This document shows, one piece after another, positions 59,752 through 64,000 of a stretch of DNA of 64,000 nt. The notes below the pieces were generated by a model. It did no database searches. It had not been told where the DNA came from and worked only from the letters and a program-made list of their open reading frames with translations. The DNA comes from a virus. Its lineage: Duplodnaviria > Caudoviricetes. The position numbers and the translations under genes are program-made. Numbering within the stretch: the first letter of the stretch is position 1; each line of letters begins with the position of its first letter. The stretch lies in IMG/VR virus record IMGVR_UViG_3300012979_000032, positions 1 through 64,000 of that record, one strand, 5' to 3'.

Positions 59752-61404
59752 TTACTTCATTGATTCTAAATTCTTAATAGTCTTTTCACTCTTTTGACCA
59801 TCTTCCTTTGCTGGTCGACCGGCCGCCTTCGCCTCGCCGCCATTGGAAGAAGCATTCCCTGATTTATCTTGAGTTTTAGACTAGATGGATTGTTGATTTC
59901 CACCCTTGCCAGTTAAAGTTTGTAATCCTTCGGCATTCATAGTACTACTCTACATAGGTGGTAGCATAATCTCACTGAGATGCAAGAACTCATTTTCAAA
60001 CTTCGCAGTATGAATAATTGAGCTTTGTGAATGTCCAAGAGCAATCTGAGGTAACATCTTAGAGTAACCAATTTGAACTTGTTCTTTGTACATCTTAGAA
60101 AGTTCTCTGTAATTATATTGAGTGGTTTCAAGCATATAGAATTTAAAAACCATCTTACGCTTGCTTCCACTCTTTTTCTATGTTATTCTATCAAATAACA
60201 TATGGAACTAGAATAGCAAATCTCGAATGGCACTTTCGTCATCAAGGATGGAATATTGCAAAGATAAGTTACCATCTGAGTTAAACAAATTCTTTGCAAC
60301 ACCGAAAGAGTTATAAACAGAACGTTCAACTTTTTCCAAATCATCCTTGGTGGTTGCCGTATTAGAATCAGCAATATCTTCAACTGCAACATCAGCGAAA
60401 GTGGTTAATACATCGACGCCAACCGCACGAGATAACATTTCAACCGCATTATTATGAATATCACGAGCTTCATCTACGTCAAAGATTAAGTCACCATTCT
60501 TATCACGAGGTAGCTTCTGAATTAAAATCTTCAAAAGCTGTTGCATTTGTTTGCGTCTATCCAAATCTTGAGCTTCATCTAAATCTAATAGCTGAGGAAT
60601 CGCAGAGATAAATAATGGCATTTCGTCATTATATAAATTAAACTTAACAGTACAATTAGGATCAAGCACATACCAACAACCGTGGCAGTTATCTCGATTC
60701 ATTAAATCATCTGATTGAAGTTTTCCACTCTTATACTTTACATATCCCTCTTGGAAATCTTTGGGGAACATTTTTAGGACTCGCATTCTATTCTGCGTAT
60801 CTCTGAACTGTTCATCAAAGAACTTCATATTAAATTCGACTACTGGATTCGTGCCTTGGTACCAACGAGAACGGCAATATCTTACAGGAAGCTGTTGAAT
60901 CAAAACACCATTAGGTGATTCAATCAAATAACCATAATAAACGCCATTCTTAATGACCTCTAAGGCAATCTGGCCGCAAAGTCTCTTAATGTGACTATTG
61001 TCCAGATAATCTAAAATGGATTCGAACTCTTCTAATACTTTCTCTTCCTTTATTTTCTTATCCTTTACCTCTGGAACTACGTACCAATCATAACGATAAA
61101 GATAAGCAAAATAATTACATACTCGAGAATAAATGCCACTAGTTCGATAGAAGTAATTTGAGATATCTCTTAATACAGGCAAGTTCTTTTCGTATAAAGC
61201 TTTCATAATAAATGCCTTATTACTATACTGGCGATTAACGGATTTATGGTTTCCCAATGCCATTACCGCATCATCTAAGACTTTAGTGCCGACTTTAATT
61301 TTCCCATAATCTAAATGAGGCGGAACTTCCATCTAAGGCTAACGAGGATTATAGCCAGTAATATTAAAGGATTTAGAATGAATCTCTTGCTGACGATCGC
61401 TCAA
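59752..61404 (-). CDS. Portal protein (550 aa; code 15)
   Basis: AGGAGGTGA RBS and TTG at 61404. Joins 60208..61332 and 59950..60153. Ends with GRPAKED..SEKT and TAA. Located after the terminase gene. Confidence 0.75.
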
Positions 61405-61424
61405 ATTTCTTCACCTCCTTAGTG

Positions 61425-61790
61425 TTACCAATTTTTCCCATAAGCTTTCTCCATGATATAGTCATAGTTAATGAGGTATTCATCAGTATATGGGATTTCT
61501 ATCAATTTAAAATCGTGCAAAGCGCAGAATCTTCGTTTTTTATTATCATTAAATTGCTGCTAATAAAAACCTTTCTTTCCGCCAAACTTCGCACTTGGCT
61601 CATAATGCTATTTGCCTTGATATTCAATTATAAAATCAATATTGTTATCATCATCAAACACAACGAAGTCAAAACGAAGAGGTCTTCCATTCGGGCTAGA
61701 GAGTCCTTCAAAGCTATATTCCATTTTGAAATTAAGCTCAGCTTCTGTTAAAATTTCTTCAATTTTTACTTCTCCTCTTGACGCACGCAC
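61425..61790 (-). CDS. Small PD-(D/E)xK (Vsr/DUF559-like) endonuclease (121 aa; code 15)
   Basis: SRGE..IEEIL, LRFDFVVF, IIEYQGK(Q)HY and D..KRRFC..LIEIPY motifs. Two TAGs, ends TAA. Confidence 0.75.
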
Positions 61791-61807
61791 AAAAACCCCT
61801 CCTTTCG

Positions 61808-63535
61808 TTAATTATAAAAACGCCATTCTTTTGCGTTAAATTTCTTCTTCTTTTTGTTTGATTCTTCTTGTTTAATATAATATAATCCGTATTCAAAAGC
61901 AGAAAATTTATCCTTTTTAATACCTCTATTAGCTTGACGCAAAATGATGTTAACTCCTTCATTTTCTTCACGAAGGTTCATCATTTCCTCTCTTAATATG
62001 GAAGTTAGAGTAAATGGTTTTAAATATTCTGCCCTTTCCTCAGGTTTCATATTTTGACCAACTTTAGTACCGAGTAACTTAGTCTTAGCTACGCGCTCGT
62101 CAATCAAAAATTTAACCTTACCAGAAGACATCATAGACTGGGCATTAGCATGAGCTTCAGTATTGATCGGCGCATTTGCTTTGATAATGTACATAGCATC
62201 TTGTTCACACTCAGCACTACGATATTTTTTATACTCACCATCTTGATCGTTATAAACGCCAAAATCTGGGAAGAATTCATTTGTATCTGGATCAGTTTGC
62301 TTTTTAACCATGTAATCAACAAGTCCAATACCAAGACCATTTCCGTCGATAACCAATCTGCGAGCATTATATTTATAGAATAATTTCTTCAACCAAATAG
62401 CCTGCTCTTCAAAGTGTTCATCATTTTTAGTATAAATATTTACTAACTGGCAGATACAGGTTCCCTGCGGCTGTGGGGTGCATTTAAATACCATACACAC
62501 AGAATCGCATCCTTTACGACCAATATCAGCAGATAGAATATAAAAACTTTGTTTTCCGGCTCGGCCAGACTTCTCATATTCTGGCTATTTAAGAATTCTA
62601 TTTCGATCAAAAACCTCAGAATTGAAGAAAGCATCTTCTACAGTACCAGACCACTTAGACTCATATTCTCGCTCAAAAGCTACTTCATTGAAGGTACCGT
62701 CCATTTTTAAGTCCTTAATAAAGTTCTTATCCAAGAGCTTAACTAAAACTGGAATTCTATAAGTACCACCCATGACAATAGATTTTTCGGGCTTTACAAT
62801 TTGCCACACTAAGAACTGAATTAATTTGTCGTAAGGGAATGTATTTTTAAATCCTGCGGTGGTGATATAAAGTTGGCTCTTATTCAATTGCTCTTCTGGA
62901 TGAGTAGAGCCATCCATACACATACGAGAAATATTCATGGTGGGAATAATAACCTGAGATAGGATATCTCCATCAACGCCGACACACTCCTCAATAACTC
63001 CGGCATGACGACGCTTACCACGAGAACTCTCTCGCGCAGCAATGTTATCAAAATAAGATCCACTCTTAAATACGTATTTACAATAATCTTTACCTTCAAG
63101 AGTTTTACCTCTTGACCAGTCAATTTCTTTATTAAAAGCTGGAATGAGAGTACAAATTTCCTGTACTTTTTCTTTCATAATTCCAGCAGCCTGTTCCTTA
63201 CCACCAGAAGTAACGAACAGCTTACATTTTGGGTATAACACGCATCGGATCATCAAAACCATCATAGACAGAAAGGATTTTGAATAAGCACGTGGGAATA
63301 CCGCATACATATATTGGTGTCGCATAGCGGCACGTAAAAATACTCTTTGATAAAAATAAAATTTAAAGTTTTGCGGGTTGCCGCAAGTTAGCAAGAAATC
63401 TATAAACATATCAGGGTACTCACGCCAAAAAGCGATATATTCTCGCATCTGGGGAACAATCGCTTGAATGCGCTCTTCTGAAATACCAACTTTTTTTCGT
63501 TCTTTACTTAAATTAAGTAAGTCATCTAATGCCAT
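61808..63535 (-). CDS. terL: Terminase large subunit (575 aa; code 15)
   Basis: Walker A-like PRAYSKS, SSRGKRR, Walker B VIEE and ITTAG. Nuclease domain SADIGRKG, IDGNGLG and KDKFSA. The two track ORFs are joined by a single TAG at 62585. Confidence 0.9.
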
Positions 63536-63537
63536 AC

Positions 63538-64000
63538 TTAACTACCTTCTTTAATATGCCGCATAAGCTCTTCATCTGAAAGTTCTTCTTCCTCGATAAA
63601 CTCTCCGAAGTCTTCAAAGTCTTCATCTTTGAGTTCATCAAGATTTTCATATTCAAGCTCTTCTTCGACATCTTCGTCTTCTTCTTTAGATTCTTGCTCA
63701 ACCATTTGTTTAACCGCATTTTCAATTAAGTTACCGAGATTCATTTCATCAACAACAAGAGAGTGAGTATAATTCTTCAAGTCCATTAGAGTCTCATCTA
63801 CTCGATCATTTGGACCACCTGTATAATAACGAGGAATAAATCCTTCTTTCTCGCAAATTACAACTAATTCACCAATCGAATCAAGATATTCACCATTCTC
63901 GGCTTTGTTCTGAGCGGCGGTAAATTTACCAGATTTCATAAGTCCGTCATACATCTTTACCATTTTCTGCGCTGCATCAACATCGCCAATATCAAGAAGT
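63538..64000 (-). CDS. Protein upstream of terL with acidic C-terminus (partial; possibly terminase small subunit)
   Basis: Frame is open to the right edge and ends TAA 2 nt before the terL start. Confidence 0.55.
   Translation of the reverse strand, partial: LLDIGDVDAAQKMVKMYDGLMKSGKFTAAQNKAENGEYLDSIGELVVICEKEGFIPRYYTGGPNDRVDETLMDLKNYTHSLVVDEMNLGNLIENAVKQMVEQESKEEDEDVEEELEYENLDELKDEDFEDFGEFIEEEELSDEELMRHIKEGS

Noticed and set aside
1-64000. Suppressor tRNA, or TAG read as pyrrolysine, or TGA recoding
   Set aside because: Intergenic gaps show no tRNA cloverleaf. Repeat alignments point to Gln. TGA is used as a true stop at 2406, 49789, 54450 and 54742.

Overview
The whole window is the minus-strand packaging and virion-morphogenesis (late) region of a large tailed phage. 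It is probably siphovirus-like with a Bacillota/Firmicutes host, inferred from strong AGGAGG Shine-Dalgarno sites and sigmaA-type promoters. The phage uses an alternative genetic code in which TAG is read as Gln (translation table 15). The supplied ORF track is therefore fragmented. With TAG as sense, the fragments join in frame into about 28 tightly packed genes, and every complete gene ends in TAA or TGA. Order in transcription direction (right to left): partial upstream gene, terminase large subunit, small PD-(D/E)xK endonuclease, portal, prohead protease/scaffold, capsid accessory protein, major capsid, head-completion/neck genes, tail chaperone, major tail tube, two hypotheticals, a 4,550-aa tape measure protein, tail tip/hub proteins, several fibre-like proteins, a 2,522-aa protein with CotH-kinase-like and BspA-LRR-like domains, two paralogous BppU-like proteins, and a partial, roughly 30% tyrosine tandem-repeat protein with its own sigmaA promoter. 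A fixed-spacing 46-bp motif (GGNCWA-N29-AT-N6-TAG) recurs in five intergenic regions and looks like a phage late promoter. No tRNA, CRISPR array, integrase or reverse transcriptase was seen. Product names come from recognised motifs and gene order, not database searches.
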